Source: the human T2T-CHM13v2.0 reference genome, Homo sapiens. From it: a DNA stretch of 64,000 nucleotides. The position numbers were made by a program, and so were the translations under genes. Shown in pieces: positions 24,700 through 37,400 of this stretch (positions are counted from its first letter, which is position 1; every line of letters begins with the position of its first letter). Where the stretch lies: the NCBI RefSeq assembly GCF_009914755.1, contig NC_060934.1. The stretch is one strand, 5' to 3'. Under the pieces are notes generated by a model. It made no database searches, was not told the DNA's origin, and saw only the letters and a list, made by a program, of their open reading frames with translations.

Positions 24700-25045
24700 T
24701 GATATGGTTTGGCTGTGTCCCCACCCAAATCTCATTTTGAATTGTAGCTCCCATAATTCCCCCGTGTTGTGGGAGGGACCTGGGGGGATATAATTGAATC
24801 ATGGGGGCAGTTACACCCATACTGTTCTCGTGGTAGTGAATAAGTCTCACAAGATCTGATGGTTTTATAAGGGGAAACCCCTTTCACTTGATTCTCAGTC
24901 TCTCTTGCCTGCCACCACATAAGATGTGCCTTTTCCCTTCCGCCATGATTGTGAGGCCTCCCCAGCCACGTGGAACCTCTTTTTCTTTATAAATTACCCA
25001 GTCTTGGGTATGTCTTTATCAGCAGTGTGAAAATGGACTAATGCG
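24700..25045 (+). mobile_element. THE1 (C/D-like) solo LTR
   Basis: tgatatggtttggctgtgtccccacccaaatctc ... aaaatggactaatgcg; perfect 5-bp TSD CCCTC. Confidence 0.93.
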
Positions 25046-25712
25046 CCCTCCCAGCTCTTGCACACTCTCAACCTCCATTTTATACCAATCTCAACTGCAA
25101 AAGAAAAAAGTTCCTGGATGCCCTGTGCCTCTCCTCCTTTTCCTTTCTTCTCTCTTCCTTCTTCCCCTTCCTTTAAGCACCAATAACAATTACTCATGTT
25201 GCTGAGTAGATGGTTATAGGTATATACTCGTATAGCACCTGCTTGATCTACCTTTTTATCCTTAGCCTCAGAAACTAGTTCTAATTGTTTTCAATAGTTG
25301 GTAAAGTGAAGCCCAATAGTCGTACAGTGCTCTATGAACTAATAAAAATACAAAACCCTGACATAATATTTAATGCCATCAATAGTGGGGCCATTCAGGA
25401 TGGGAGGCACAGAATCCTTTAATGTCTTAAAAATCTCTGAACACGTTACTGTAATACTTGTTAGTGAAGCAAATGTTGGCCTTTGCTTTACATACAAAAA
25501 AAGTTAACATGTTCAGCATTTTTTATATTCTCGAGTATGGTGTTAATCAGACTATGCTTAATAAGATAGTGAATGGTTTTATATCCCCATCGTTTTTTAG
25601 AAAACCTTAAAATATTTAAAGCTTTTGTGATTAAAGGACCAAGATTTAGTTGTTTGAAAAACTACACACAGCAAATGGTCATTTCTAGTGACAATCAGAT
25701 ACTGAAGTGTTA

Positions 25713-26380
25713 CTGTACACTGTTGGTGGGAGTGTAAATTAGTTCAGCCATTGTGGAAGACGGTGTAGCAATTCTTCAAGGATCTAGAACCAGAAACACC
25801 ATCTGACCCAGCTATCCCATTACTGGGTATATCCCCAAAGGATTATAAATCATTCTACTGTAAAAACACATGCACACATATGTTTACTGCAGCACTATTT
25901 ACAATAGCAAAGGCTTGGAACCAACCCAAATGCCCATCAGTGATGGACTGGATAAAGAAAATGTGGCATACATAAACCACGGAATACTATGCAGCCATAA
26001 AAAAGAATGAGATCATGTCCTTTGCAGGGGCATGGATGAAGCTGGAAGCCATCATTCTCATTAAGCTAACACAGGAACAGAAAACCAAACACCACATGTT
26101 CTCACTCATAAGTGGGAGTTGAACAATAAGAACACATGGACACAGGGAGGGAAACAACACACACTGGGGCCTTTTTGGGGGTGGGGGCAAGGGGAGGGAG
26201 AGCATTAGGACAAATACCTAATCCATGCAGGGCTTAAAACCTAGATGACGGGTTGATAGGTGCAGCAAACCACCATGGCACATATATAACCATGTAACAA
26301 ACCTGCACATTCTGCATACGTATCCCAGAACTTAAAGTAAAAAAATAATAATAATAAATTAAACATAAAACATAGAATAA
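25713..26380 (+). mobile_element. L1PA (about L1PA7-8) 5'-truncated 3' end
   Basis: acactgttggtgggagtgtaaattagttca...G-rich tract...cccagaacttaaagta plus A-rich tail. Confidence 0.93.
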
Positions 26381-26849
26381 AACGCAAGTGTGTCATTGTT
26401 TCCCTTGAGTCATTACAGGTTCTTGTTATTAATGCCTTTCAGAAAATTTGAAACTGTATGAAACTCAGTCATACACAATTAATATATTAAGACATTTTCC
26501 CATTCTGCTAGGCTTCTCCTTTGCCAAGTGTGAAACTGACTTAGTCATGTTACAAGAAAATATGGCCATGTATCTTTTCACTCTTGGTATCGAGGAAATG
26601 CATCTTGTGGCCTCAAGCATGGGTATAATTATATTTATTTATTCAAAACAAATAATGTTGAGACTGCTAGGCTGTATAAAATAACTGCCACCAAGGGTAA
26701 GAGAAGATTGCCTGGTAATATCCTTTTTTTGTAAACCTAAGGATAAAAACAAATGAATCAGTTGGTTTTTAGCTATTTTTGGTAGATGGACTTTTTGCAA
26801 GTACCTACCACAAAGTACTGTTGTGAGAATTAGATTTATTTTATCTTTA

Positions 26850-27100
26850 TTTCTTCAACAAATACTTACGTAGTGCTTATGATGTGCCAGTCATTCAACT
26901 AAGGCTATATATTACATACACTGACCAAATTAATTATCATGACCACATTTTGATGTTGGTTCAATATCCTCATGGATGTGGAAACGCAGACGCAGAGAGG
27001 TTCTATAGTCACTGCCTCATACGTGGGAGAGGTACACAGTGTGTGAGTCATATTTGGAACTTAGCAAACATGAGGGACCATTTCCTCCCAGGTCACACTG
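26850..27100 (-). mobile_element. MIR SINE
   Basis: ttcaacaaatacttacgtagtgcttatgatgtgccag...gatgtggaaac..gacgcagagaggtt. Confidence 0.6.
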
Positions 27101-29179
27101 ACTATCCAAGTTGAAAAGTGGATGAATGCAACTTCAACATTTATAAGGCTGGGAAAAAATGAGATATTTCTGATTTACAACGATTTTAGAACTTAGGTAG
27201 AATACGATGTACATATAGTTCAACCTTTCTGCTATTTCTTATTCGAAAGAAATTGAGACATTAGAAAAGAATCATTGAGAGAATACACAGGTCACTGATT
27301 TTGTGATGTTCTTACTGGGTATAATAACATAGGAATCAGTTCTCAAATCTCAGTGATTCTCTGAAAATACTTAATTGGAGAAATCTAGACTAAACAATTT
27401 ACTATTTAAAATGCTTGAACTTGTCACATTTTTTAAGAATCAGTTGGAGGTATTTTAAGAGAAACAGCTGCTATAAATGGATTTGTTTGTCCAAATAGGA
27501 TCCTCTATTTGGTGGTTCCATGGTAATTTACCATCTGCCCCCCAAAAGTGCTGTACAGGCAAAATTTCTGATCACAGTCCAAATTGCAGAGAAAACTTAA
27601 TGTGCATTTGAAATTAATCAACCAGCAAACACATGGGTATATCTGAGTGTATAGACATTTCATGGACCCGCTGTATTTAAAGGATTTTGCCGAAGACACG
27701 GAAAAAGGTACAAAGACCAGTAGGACACAAGGGCCTTGGAGAAGCTTTCGTCTGAGAGAGAAGATAAAATAAAGGCATATTCAAACATAACCAATGAAAT
27801 AAATAGGAAGGCATAACGGCAAGGAGAGAATATTGTCAGTGATGACTTAGAGAGCGCAGAGAGGAATAAGACCACAGTGGACTGGGCTGAACTGGACAGG
27901 ACTGAGCAGGACTGGGCGGGAGAATTGGGACCATGACTGGCTCCTGGGACTTCTGCCGAATCACACAGGAAGCAAAGGATTTGGCTCATGAGGAAGGGAG
28001 AGGGCAGTCCACGCTGTCTGTTCATTATCACTCCAATGCACATTGCTCCGAGCCCGTCAGTTTGATTTATGTTTCTTCTATTTAAGTAGAATAATCCAGA
28101 TGTAATTTTTCTGCCTATGATGCTCTGCTCTTTTGCTGCATTTTGTGGCTGAGTTTCTCTTTGTGTGCTCCATCCATCACGTACGTGGCCGTGTTTACTT
28201 TGCTCTCTCATTCCCTGTATGTCTCATGAATAACAAAATTATAGAAACAGATCGAACATGTTTGAAATAATTCACATCGTGGTGAACCTTTTGGGTGGCC
28301 TGTATCACAGGCATTATCCCTTTATCTTTTCTCCTTTTCCCACTGTGCCTCAAGACATTAATGGTTAATGGGTAGTTGCAAAACAGCATTTCCTCTCCAA
28401 AGAAATGCCACAAGAAAGAGCACAAAAGAAAGTGTTAATATATGTTTCATTGTACACTGAGGTTTGGTGGTATTTCCAGACAGACCTGTGTTTTCTTTAA
28501 TATTCTATCTGATAGGGGCATATCAGAAATGCAGCAGCTGATAGGGGGTTCATTGTCCCCATCTGGGTTGGTAGGAGGGGTAATGTGCTTCATGATTGGG
28601 GCTGGCCAACGTGACCCAGTGGGGTAGGTGGACTCCGTCAGTAGGTGAACTGACCCACCTGTAGGGGCGCTGCTCTGGGATCCAGAAGTCCAATACGTGG
28701 CCCCAGAGGGGTCTCTCGGTAATTGATGGGGGAAGGGGTGTGGTCCACCCAAAAGAGTGGCTCCAATAATGGGGATTCTCATAGGCAGGTCACGCTAACA
28801 CAGTTCTGGAAGATCAGTCCATCCTATACCCCATGACTGGAGGTGTGAAAATGGAATTCAAGCACGTGGGGATGAATATGCTGGCAGGAGAAAGGCATGG
28901 CATCAGCATCCCCAGCAGTGGGCCAGGATTGAGGCAAAGCTACAAACCCGCTGGAAATCTGCTTACAACAAAATATGACATGAGGCTCACCCCAGACACG
29001 GAATCTCTAGCGGTGCAATGAATTCCATGCATTTCTGGTGGATCAAGGTCACCCACTGGGTCAGGACTGACTTCAGAACAATCTTGGAGGAGTTTCTGGA
29101 AGGGGGCAACAGCAGAGATCTTGAGTCAACTAGCAAGGGCCAACATCAGTTCCAAACAACTACATGTCCTCCAATGCTG

Positions 29180-29677
29180 GTTTTTTTCTCTTTTATTGAA
29201 CTCTGTCCTACATAAAGTACACAAATCTTAAGTGATAGATTTTTACGATATACATATACTTGTGTAACCACCACCCAGATAGAGATACAGAACATTAACA
29301 GCACCCGGAAATCTCTGATAGCCCTTCCCAGTCAATAACCATCATTTTGGCTTTTATTATCGTACATTAGCTTGACCTGTGGTATGTACTCTTAGCATCT
29401 GTCTTCTTTTGCTTGATACTAAACCTATGAGACACTTCCGTGTTGCTGCATGTTGCTATAATTTGTTCATTTTCACTGCTATCTAGTATTCTATTGTATA
29501 ACTCTACACAAGTTCTTATTGTCAATGACATTTGGGTCGTTTCAAGATTTGAGCTCTTAAGAAAGCCTCTGTGAACATCCTTGTGTATGTCTTTCAGTGG
29601 ACATAAGTGCTTATTTCTGGTGTCATACACACAGGTGTGGATTGCTGAGTCATAGGACATATGTCATTTAGCTTTAG
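29180..29677 (-). mobile_element. L1M (ME/MD-like) 3' end
   Basis: tgtgtaaccaccacccagat..agatacagaacatt...gtgaacatccttgt...gattgctgagtcatagg. Confidence 0.8.
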
Positions 29678-29934
29678 TTCCTTGGACACTTTTAAGAGTA
29701 ATTTCCCCACTAGTCAGTTTAGAAAAGAGATGAAAAACTAGTAAGGTTAATCTGCAAAGTATGTTTTGAGGGCAGCACAACATTAGATACTAGCTTAAAG
29801 ACTAAAGTAATCCATCATTACTACTACATTGTGTTGTACAAGAAAATAAGAACTTCAGGAAGGCAATTCCTACGCCCAGTGTAGCACTGCTCACAACAGG
29901 AAAATGGTGGAGGAGCTGACTAAATAAATGCAGT

Positions 29935-30220
29935 GAGGAAATGTGGCATGGGGCTTGGAGTTTACTATTCTACCCTGTGAAGTACTGCAGAGGGTTAGGA
30001 TCAGACTTATGAGTGAGGCAGAACCAGGTGACCATCTCAGCACTACCCATCTCCAGCAGCTGATCACAGTGTAGCCACTTAATGTTTCCAATCCCCTTAG
30101 CAAAATGAGGGTAATAGTCCTACCTCATTTGGATGTTGTGAGGATCAAATCAGACAATGGTTGCTAAGAACGTATCACAGTGCTTAGCACATAATAAGCA
30201 ATTAAACAGTAACTATTTTT
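29935..30220 (+). mobile_element. MIR SINE
   Basis: gcaaaatgagggtaatagtcctacctca..ggatgttgtgaggatcaaat...cacagtgcttagcacataataagc. Confidence 0.8.
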
Positions 30221-30600
30221 ATTAGCAATGTAATCAGTGATAATTTTGAGATTTTGAATAATGATGATAATTAAAACAAATAAAAAGTTGACTTAGGCTT
30301 ATTGCATGTGTGAGCTAAGGGGTACCTAGAGATCATCATGTCACCCTGCCTACTTCACAGGTGAGAGGACCAAGGCACACAGTGTGTAATCACAGGGTCG
30401 AGAGGAGGGTATTCTGCAAAGCCCATGCCATCGTGTATTGGTTCTTCTCAGCAAGCCCCTTGGTTGGCTTTAGGTCCTATGTTAAAAATCCTCTTTCTTT
30501 GAGGTGGGAAATCCTATTCTGAGGGTGAAGGATCTGGGTTTAGTGGGAATTTAATCACTGCAGGCATCAGGGTTCCTTAGGTAAACAGAACAAATAAGGG

Positions 30601-31011
30601 ACACACACACACAGTCTCACACACACAGTCTCACACACACAACTCATACACACCACACACACTCACACACACACACTTGTACTCTCACACGCACACATAC
30701 TTACACAACACATACACACCACAGCACACACACTCCACACACACACATTCACACACCACACTCACGCACACTCTCACACACACTCGTTCTCATACACACA
30801 CACTCACACACTAACACACTCCCATACACACATGCACACACACACCACACACACGCACACACCACACACACATTCACACACACTCGTTCACACACACACT
30901 CACACACACACTAACAGTCACATACGCATGCACTGTCACGCACACCACACACGCTCACATTCACACTCATTCTCCCACACTCTCACAGTCCCACACACAC
31001 ACACACACACA
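30601..31011. repeat. Degenerate (CA)n low-complexity tract, ~410 bp
   Basis: Direct reading. Confidence 0.95.
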
Positions 31012-31317
31012 TATTATTTACCTATTATTTGACTCCATGATCTCTCTTCGCCATAAACCCATCCTACAAAAGAGGAAGCTGTGTCTTTTTGAGATGAAAT
31101 AATTGGCCCGAGGTCACCCAGCCTAGAGTGGCAGAGCCAGGAATTGACTCCAGATCATTCTCCACAACACTGCCCTTAGTAAAAGAAAACATAGTGCCAG
31201 GAAGACAATAAAATCCAACAACCTTTATAAATAAGTCCATGGAGCTCACCATTCCAGGAGATGGGAATGGTCCAGGACAAAACTTGAATCTGTCATTTCA
31301 ATCACTCGTGCTCTCCC

Positions 31318-31393
31318 TGGCTAAAAGATTTAGAAGGAAGAGAAGATTGAAACTTGGCTAAAAGATTTAGAAGGAAGAGAAGATTGAAACTTG
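31318..31393. repeat. Perfect 37-bp tandem duplication
   Basis: tggctaaaagatttagaaggaagagaagattgaaact at 31318 and 31355. Confidence 0.97.
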
Positions 31394-31975
31394 CCTTCAT
31401 CAGGTGTTTCTGAATTATCTGTGGATTTCAGTCCTCTGACTGTTGTGACAGATAAACCAAAGGTGGAATTATGTATGGATACAAAGAAAGGCCCATCATC
31501 TTGGGCTGATACAAACATTGAAAAGCTTGATGAAAACCTTGGAAGGAAGTGTTTGAGGAGGGGAAGACCAGGGAATTCTGGGGAACAGTCCAGTCAGTTC
31601 TATACCCCAGCCCAGTCTCGTTTCCCCTAGACACTCCCATTCAAGCCCTCCTCAGGACACTGAGCCCCATCGGGAATTCAGGATGGTGAAAGAGCCTATT
31701 TAACTGAATCTGAAGGAAAAGAGCTTCAAAGGGGCTTTTCAAATTATCTTAAGTGTCCAACTGCTCCTGTGTCTAATTTCCTGCAAATGAGTTACGGATA
31801 CAAGAATTAACCTTTCCTCGAGGAGGAAAACAAATTACACGAGATTTTACGTAGTTTTTTTGTTAAAGTGAAAAGAGAACGGAAGAAAAAGACAAGACAA
31901 AGGGAAGAAACAATGTTGGCAGGAACAGTGTTGGCCTCAACAGGGCCCTTTGTGTGAATCAGAAAATGGTCCCTG

Positions 31976-32793
31976 TGAAATGGGAGAGTTCCTTGATTCC
32001 TCTCGCAGGACGTGCAATACGGGTGTGGCTCGCCTGCTTGATCAGCCTGCAGCTCAAACCCCTAAGGGGAACATGCAGACAGGCAGGTGCAGAGGCCAGC
32101 GCGAGCACTTTTGGACTCCCACCCGACGGCAGCATCTGGGGTGGATATCTGCGACTCTCAAAGCCCAAGTAGGCATATGTTACCAAGCTCTTTCAGATTT
32201 GCCGTCTGCAGACGGCTTGTGTGTTAATCAGCTCAAGGGACCCTCTGCCTTATCGCAAGGGCAGAGGGGGCCAGTGTGACAGCCTTCTGTATACTGAGCT
32301 CTTGCCCAGTGCCCCAAAAGAATCAGACCAAATGCAGGCTCAAAGGATGAGTGCAAGGTTTTATTGAGTGGTGGAAGTGACTCTCAGCAAGATGAACGGG
32401 AAGCCTGAAGTGGGGATGGAGTTGGAAGGCGGTCTTTCCTTGGAGTCGGGCCACCCAGTGGCCGGGCTCTTCTCCGACCACCACCAGCCGAACTCCCCTC
32501 AGTATCCAGATATCTCTCCTCTTCTCTCTCTCTGCCATGTTGTTCCACTGTCGCTGGCCTGCTGGTCCGCTGGTCTGTTGGTCTCCACATTCAGCTGCTT
32601 GTGTGCCCACTAAGGTCTTGGGTTTATATGGAGGCAACATGGGGGCGTGGCAGGCCAAAAGGCAACTTTTCGGGTGCAAAAACAGAAATGCCTGTCCTCA
32701 TTTAGGGCAGCAGGTCTTCAGGCTTGAGGGTGGGGCCTTGCCAGGGACCCTGCTCTTCTCCACCCAGCACTTTCCTGACCCCCTCCCATATCA
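31976..32793 (-). mobile_element. ERV1 solo LTR, LTR1/LTR27/LTR28 family
   Basis: Minus strand starts TGATATGGGAGGGGG..GTGCTGGGTGGAGAAG..GTCCCTGGC; TG...CA ends; perfect 4-bp TSD CCTG; TATAAA (32623-32628 rc) and AATAAA (32360-32365 rc). Confidence 0.88.
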
Positions 32794-33688
32794 CCTGTCC
32801 TCCACCAGGCCAGAGCCCACATTTGGGCAAGTGGTCTGAATTTCAGCTGTTCTCCCCTTCTTTGCTGCATGCCTTGTGAAGTGTACAGTCTCTACAGCTG
32901 TTCATGGCAACCTTAGATGTTGACTTTCTTCCTTCCTCACTTTGTGAGCTCAAGTATTTTTTTAAAAAATTACCTGACAAAATCAAGATAGCATTTGTCT
33001 TGGTCAGCTCTTGAGGGGCATGGGGAAAAAAAAGCAAGACAGTCATTCAAAGGGCATCCTTCCTGGAGCTGGCCATGAAAGATTAAACACGCTTCTCCAG
33101 ATAGGGCAGTTGGTTGGTTCTTTACTAATTCATGACTTAGAGTGTATCAAGGGATGTGATTTAGCTGGGGAAGTACAGGGCAAAGGAGGGTCTGGGTCTG
33201 GATGAAACTAATAGAGAAAACTCAGCTCACCCTGCAAATGCCACATGCAGTTTGAGTTTCACAAGGAAGTAAATGTCAGTAAACTCCAGCAGGGCTATGT
33301 GGCCACATCTCCTTTTATTTTTTTTTTCAATCAGAGGCATTCAGATGACAATGTAGTTATCTTTCAGAAAAATGATTATGCCATTTGGACATAATCCAGC
33401 AATTCCAAGTGGCCTGTACTGTAAGTTGGCCCACTTAGAAAAAGTATTATAGATCCATTTTATGTGGGTTACCCTATGTCATAAAATTTTACCTGTAATA
33501 AAAATGCAATCATAACAGACTCAGATTATTTCCCTGGAAAACAAAATGTGTAGGCATAAAGTAATAAGGCAGGGTTTTGCATATAGTGCCTTAAATCATA
33601 TTTTTTGTCACATCTGATAGTATCTCTTCCCTTGAAAAGCTAGTGGACATTTCTTGTGGGAAGCCTAAAAGGAATATATTCTTTGTTA

Positions 33689-33919
33689 ACCGTGTTATTT
33701 CCAAGATGGCTCACTCCCATAGTTTTTGGCAGGAGGCCTCAGGTCCTCACTGCATGGCCCTCTCCATTGGGCTGCTTGAGTGTCTTCCTGTCATGACTGC
33801 CATCTTCCCCCAGCATGAGTCAGCAAAGGGAGAGCACAGTGGAAGCCACAATGTCATTCATAACCTAGCTTCAAAAGGCACACTGTATCACTTCCTCAGT
33901 GTCCTATTGATTACTCAGC
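33689..33919 (-). mobile_element. MLT1F/G-like LTR, left part (split by THE1)
   Basis: ttccaagatggctcactc...ctctccattgggctgcttgagtgtctt...cacttcctcagtgtcctattg. Confidence 0.75.
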
Positions 33920-36161
33920 TGATACGGTTTGGCTGTGTCCCAACGCAAATCTCATCTTGAATTCCCTTGTGTCTTGGGAGGGGCCCAGTGGGAGGCAACT
34001 GAATCATGGGGGCAGGCCTTTCCCATGCTATTCTCATGATAGTGAATAAGACTCACAATATCTCACAGTTTTATAAGGGGGAGATTCCCTCTATAAACTC
34101 TCTTCTCTTGTCTGCTGCCATGTGAGACATGCCTTTCACCTTCTGCCATGATTTTGAGGCCTCCCCAGCTACGTGGAACTGTAAGTCCATTAAACCTCTT
34201 TCGTTTGTAAATTTTCCAGTCTCAGGTCTGTCTTTAGCAGCACTGTGAAAACGATGAGTACAGTAAATTGGTACCAGAAGCGGGGTGCTGCAGAAAAGAT
34301 ACCTGAAAATGTGGAAGTGACTTTGGAACTGGGAACAGGCAGAGGTTTGGAACAATTTGGAGGGCTCAGAAGAAGATAGGAAAATGTGGGAAAGTTTGGA
34401 ACTCCCTAGACATTTGTTGAATAGCTTTGCCCAAAATGCTGATAGCGATATGGACAATAAAGTCCAGGCTGAGGTGGTCTCAGATGGAAATGAGGAACTT
34501 GTTGGGAACTAGAGCAAAGGTGACTCTTGTTATGTTTTAGCAAAGAGACTGGCAGCATTTTGCCCCTGCCCTAGAGATTTGTGAAACTTTGAACTTGAGA
34601 GCGATGATTTAGGGTATCTGGTGAAAGAAATTTCTAAGCAGCATCAAGAGGTGACTTGGGTGCTATTAAAGGAATCCAGTTTTATAAGGGAAGTAGATCA
34701 TAAAAGTTTGGAAATTTTGCAGCCTGACAATGCAATAGAAATGAAAATCCCATTTTCTGAGGAGAAATTCAAGCTGGTTGCAGAAATTTGCATATGTAAC
34801 AAGGAGCTGAATGTTAATCTCCAAGACAATGGGGAAAATGTCCCCAGGGCATGTCAGAGGTCTTCACAGCAGCCCCTCCCATCGCAGGCTTGGAGGCCAA
34901 GGAGGAAAACATGGTTTCACATGTAGACTGGGCCCAGGGTCCCCATGCTGTGTGCAACCTAGGGTCTTGGTGCCCTGCAACCCAGCTGCTCCAGCCATGG
35001 CTGAAAGGGGCCAAAATAGAGCTCAGGCCATGGCTTCAGAGGGTGCAACTCCCAAGCCTTGGCGCTTCCATGTGATGTTGAGCCTGTGAGTGCACAAAAG
35101 TCAAGAATCGAAGTTTGGGAACCTCTGCTTAGATTTCAGAGGGTATATGGAAACACCTGGATGCCCAGGCAGAAGTTTGCTGCAGGGGCAGGGCCCTCAT
35201 GAGAAACCTCTGCTAGGGCAGCTCAGAAGGAAAATGTGGGGTCGGAGACCCCACACAGAGTCCCTACTAGGACACTGCCTAGTGGAGCTGTGAGAAGAGG
35301 GCCACCATCCTCCACCCCAGAACGGGAGATCCACTGACAGCTTGCACTGTGCACCTGGAAAAGCTGCAGACACCCAATGCCAGCCTGTGAAAGCAGCCAG
35401 GAGGAAGGCTATGCCCTGCAAAGTGACAGGGGCAGAGCTACCCAAGACCATAGGAACCCACCTCTTGCATCATTGTGGCCTGGATGTGAGACATGGAGTC
35501 AAAGATCATTTTGGAGCTTTAAGATTTGACTGCCCCACTGGATTTTGGACTTGCATGGGGCCTGTATCCCCTCTGTTTTGCCAATTTATCCATTTGGAAT
35601 GGCTGTATTTACCCAATACCTGTACCCCCATTATATCAAGGAAGTAACTTACTTTTGATTTTACAGGCTTATAGGCAGAAGGGACTTGCCTTATCTAAGA
35701 TGAGACTTTGGACTGTGGACTTTTAAGTTAATGCTGAAATGAGTTAAGACCTTGGGGGACTGCTGGGAAGACATGATTGGTTTTGAAATGTGAGGACATG
35801 AGATTTGGGAGGGGCCAGGAGTAGAATGATATGATTTGGCTGTGTCCCCACCAAAATCTCATCTTGAATCCCCATGTGTTGTGGGAGGGACCCAGTGGGA
35901 GGTAATAGAATCATGGGGACAGGTCTTTCCCATGCTCTTCTCATGATAGTGAATAAGTCTCATGAGATTTGACAGTTGTATTAGGGGGAGTTTCCCTGCA
36001 CAAGCTCTCTTCTCTTGTTTGCCACCATGTGAGATGTGCCTTTCATGATTGTGAGGCCTCCCCAGCCACATGGAACTGTAAGTCCTGTTAAACCTCTTTC
36101 TTTTGTAAATTGCCCAGTCTCAGATATGTCTTTATGAGCAGCATGAAAACAGACTAATACA
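33920..36161 (+). mobile_element. Full-length THE1 (THE1B-like) MaLR provirus: 5' LTR 33920-34262, internal 34263-35826, 3' LTR 35827-36161
   Basis: Two direct LTRs; internal region starts gtaaattggtaccag; purine tract ggaggggccaggagtagaa before 3' LTR; TSD TCAGC/CCAGC. Confidence 0.95.
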
Positions 36162-36248
36162 CCAGCTCAGCCCTGTTGATGTGACCACACAGGGTATGGA
36201 TACTAATGGGCAGGACCAGTGGGAGCTGTCTGGGAGACTGGCTGCCAC
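36162..36248 (-). mobile_element. MLT1F/G-like LTR, right part
   Basis: ccacacagggtatggatact...ggagactggctgccaca terminus. Confidence 0.65.
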
Positions 36249-36652
36249 ACCTTCCATTGGCAGATGTCTATCAGTCCTTCTCTCACTCCAGAGGACACTG
36301 TATTCTCCTAGTTCTCCTCCTGTTCCCTGCAGACTCTTCCTTGTCCTGCTTCCATACTCCCCCTCTTCTGCCCATGGTTTCCATAATGGTATTTTTCAAG
36401 GTGAGGCTTTCCCATAAATACATACATATATAGGATATGCAGGGACAACTCCTAACCTCTATATTTGTCCTAGATTCAGAAGCTCCAGGCCTGTGTTAAC
36501 ATCTCCTTCTGGACTAAGAGGACCAGTGGAATGCATTTCACCTGATTTGTGGGGGAAGGGCCCAGCTCATGACCTTTGTCATCTTCAGATGATGCTAGCA
36601 TTGGCTGCAAGGAGAAGGATAGAGAACAAAGATCATAGCTGTGCCTTACGCC

Positions 36653-36786
36653 TTGGGTCCCATCTCTTCCATTTAGCCAGGAACAGTCCGGGTCTATGTC
36701 CCTTGACCCAGTGTAATTATTAACATTGTTCCCTTTTACTCTCAAAAGTGTCTTATTTTGAATGATAAATTATATGATTGTCTCAT
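36653..36786 (+). mobile_element. MER94-like hAT-Blackjack MITE
   Basis: ccaggaacagtcc..gt.tatg...gtaattattaa...ccttttactctcaaaagtgtc...gataaattatatg. Confidence 0.7.
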
Positions 36787-37084
36787 AGCCTTTTTACAAC
36801 TCTGGACCATTTATCATTGCTTTATAATGTGTAAATGTTATAAAAGCTATCTACAGACTGGATCTAGACTGATGCAGGGTGTCAGCTGCACGGGTGAAAC
36901 TGACCATTAGAAACAATTAGATGATATGCTAAGGAATGTTATTCTCCAAACATTTCCGTGGTATTTAACATTCTTTGGCATTTCAGTGACCTTTTATGAG
37001 GTGCAACACAAGTGGAAAGATTCATTTATGTCATGATCATCACCTTGTATCTGAGAGAAAATGAGAGACCCAAAGCAGGTGTCC

Positions 37085-37400
37085 TGGGCTGAGTTGAATA
37101 TTGCATTTCAGAACCCATTGACCGGATGCTAATTTCTGTCATTTGCATGGGGGCCCCCATACTATCATTCCTATCACAGTATCCATGTCAGCTCAATTTT
37201 CACAGCAGCTGTAGCTGAAACACTGACCCACCACCGATTACAGTGGTATAATGAAGTGCAATGGGCCGGTAATTATTCTACATTACACCGATCAAGTAAC
37301 ATACGGCCCATGGTGATCACAATGAGATCCCAGTGCTTGGTCAGGATGGAGGAAAAAAGGCCATAAATGTTATTTAAAGGGTGTCATCAAAAATGAGTTT
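37085..37400. promoter_or_regulatory. Candidate conserved non-coding element with palindromes
   Basis: TGTCA + octamer ATTTGCAT 37137-37148, palindrome ATGGGGGCCCCCAT 37147-37160, GCCATAAA 37360, TAATTA. Confidence 0.45.

Noticed and set aside
25690-26395. TSD for the L1PA fragment
   Set aside because: Only a 6-bp aagtgt match; not convincing.
27660-28211. 183-aa ORF on the minus strand
   Set aside because: No recognisable domain or gene context; a chance ORF in 64 kb is plausible. PhyloCSF or Ribo-seq would be decisive.
28655-28673. CTCF-like CCTGTAGGGGCGCTG
   Set aside because: One base short of the CCASYAGRKGGCRS spacing; cannot be supported without ChIP data.
30601-31032. His/Thr-rich ORF
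   Set aside because: Translation of a degenerate (CA)n tract.
34071-35726. Several overlapping ORFs of 66-128 aa
   Set aside because: Lie within the decayed THE1 element; fragmented by stops and frameshifts.
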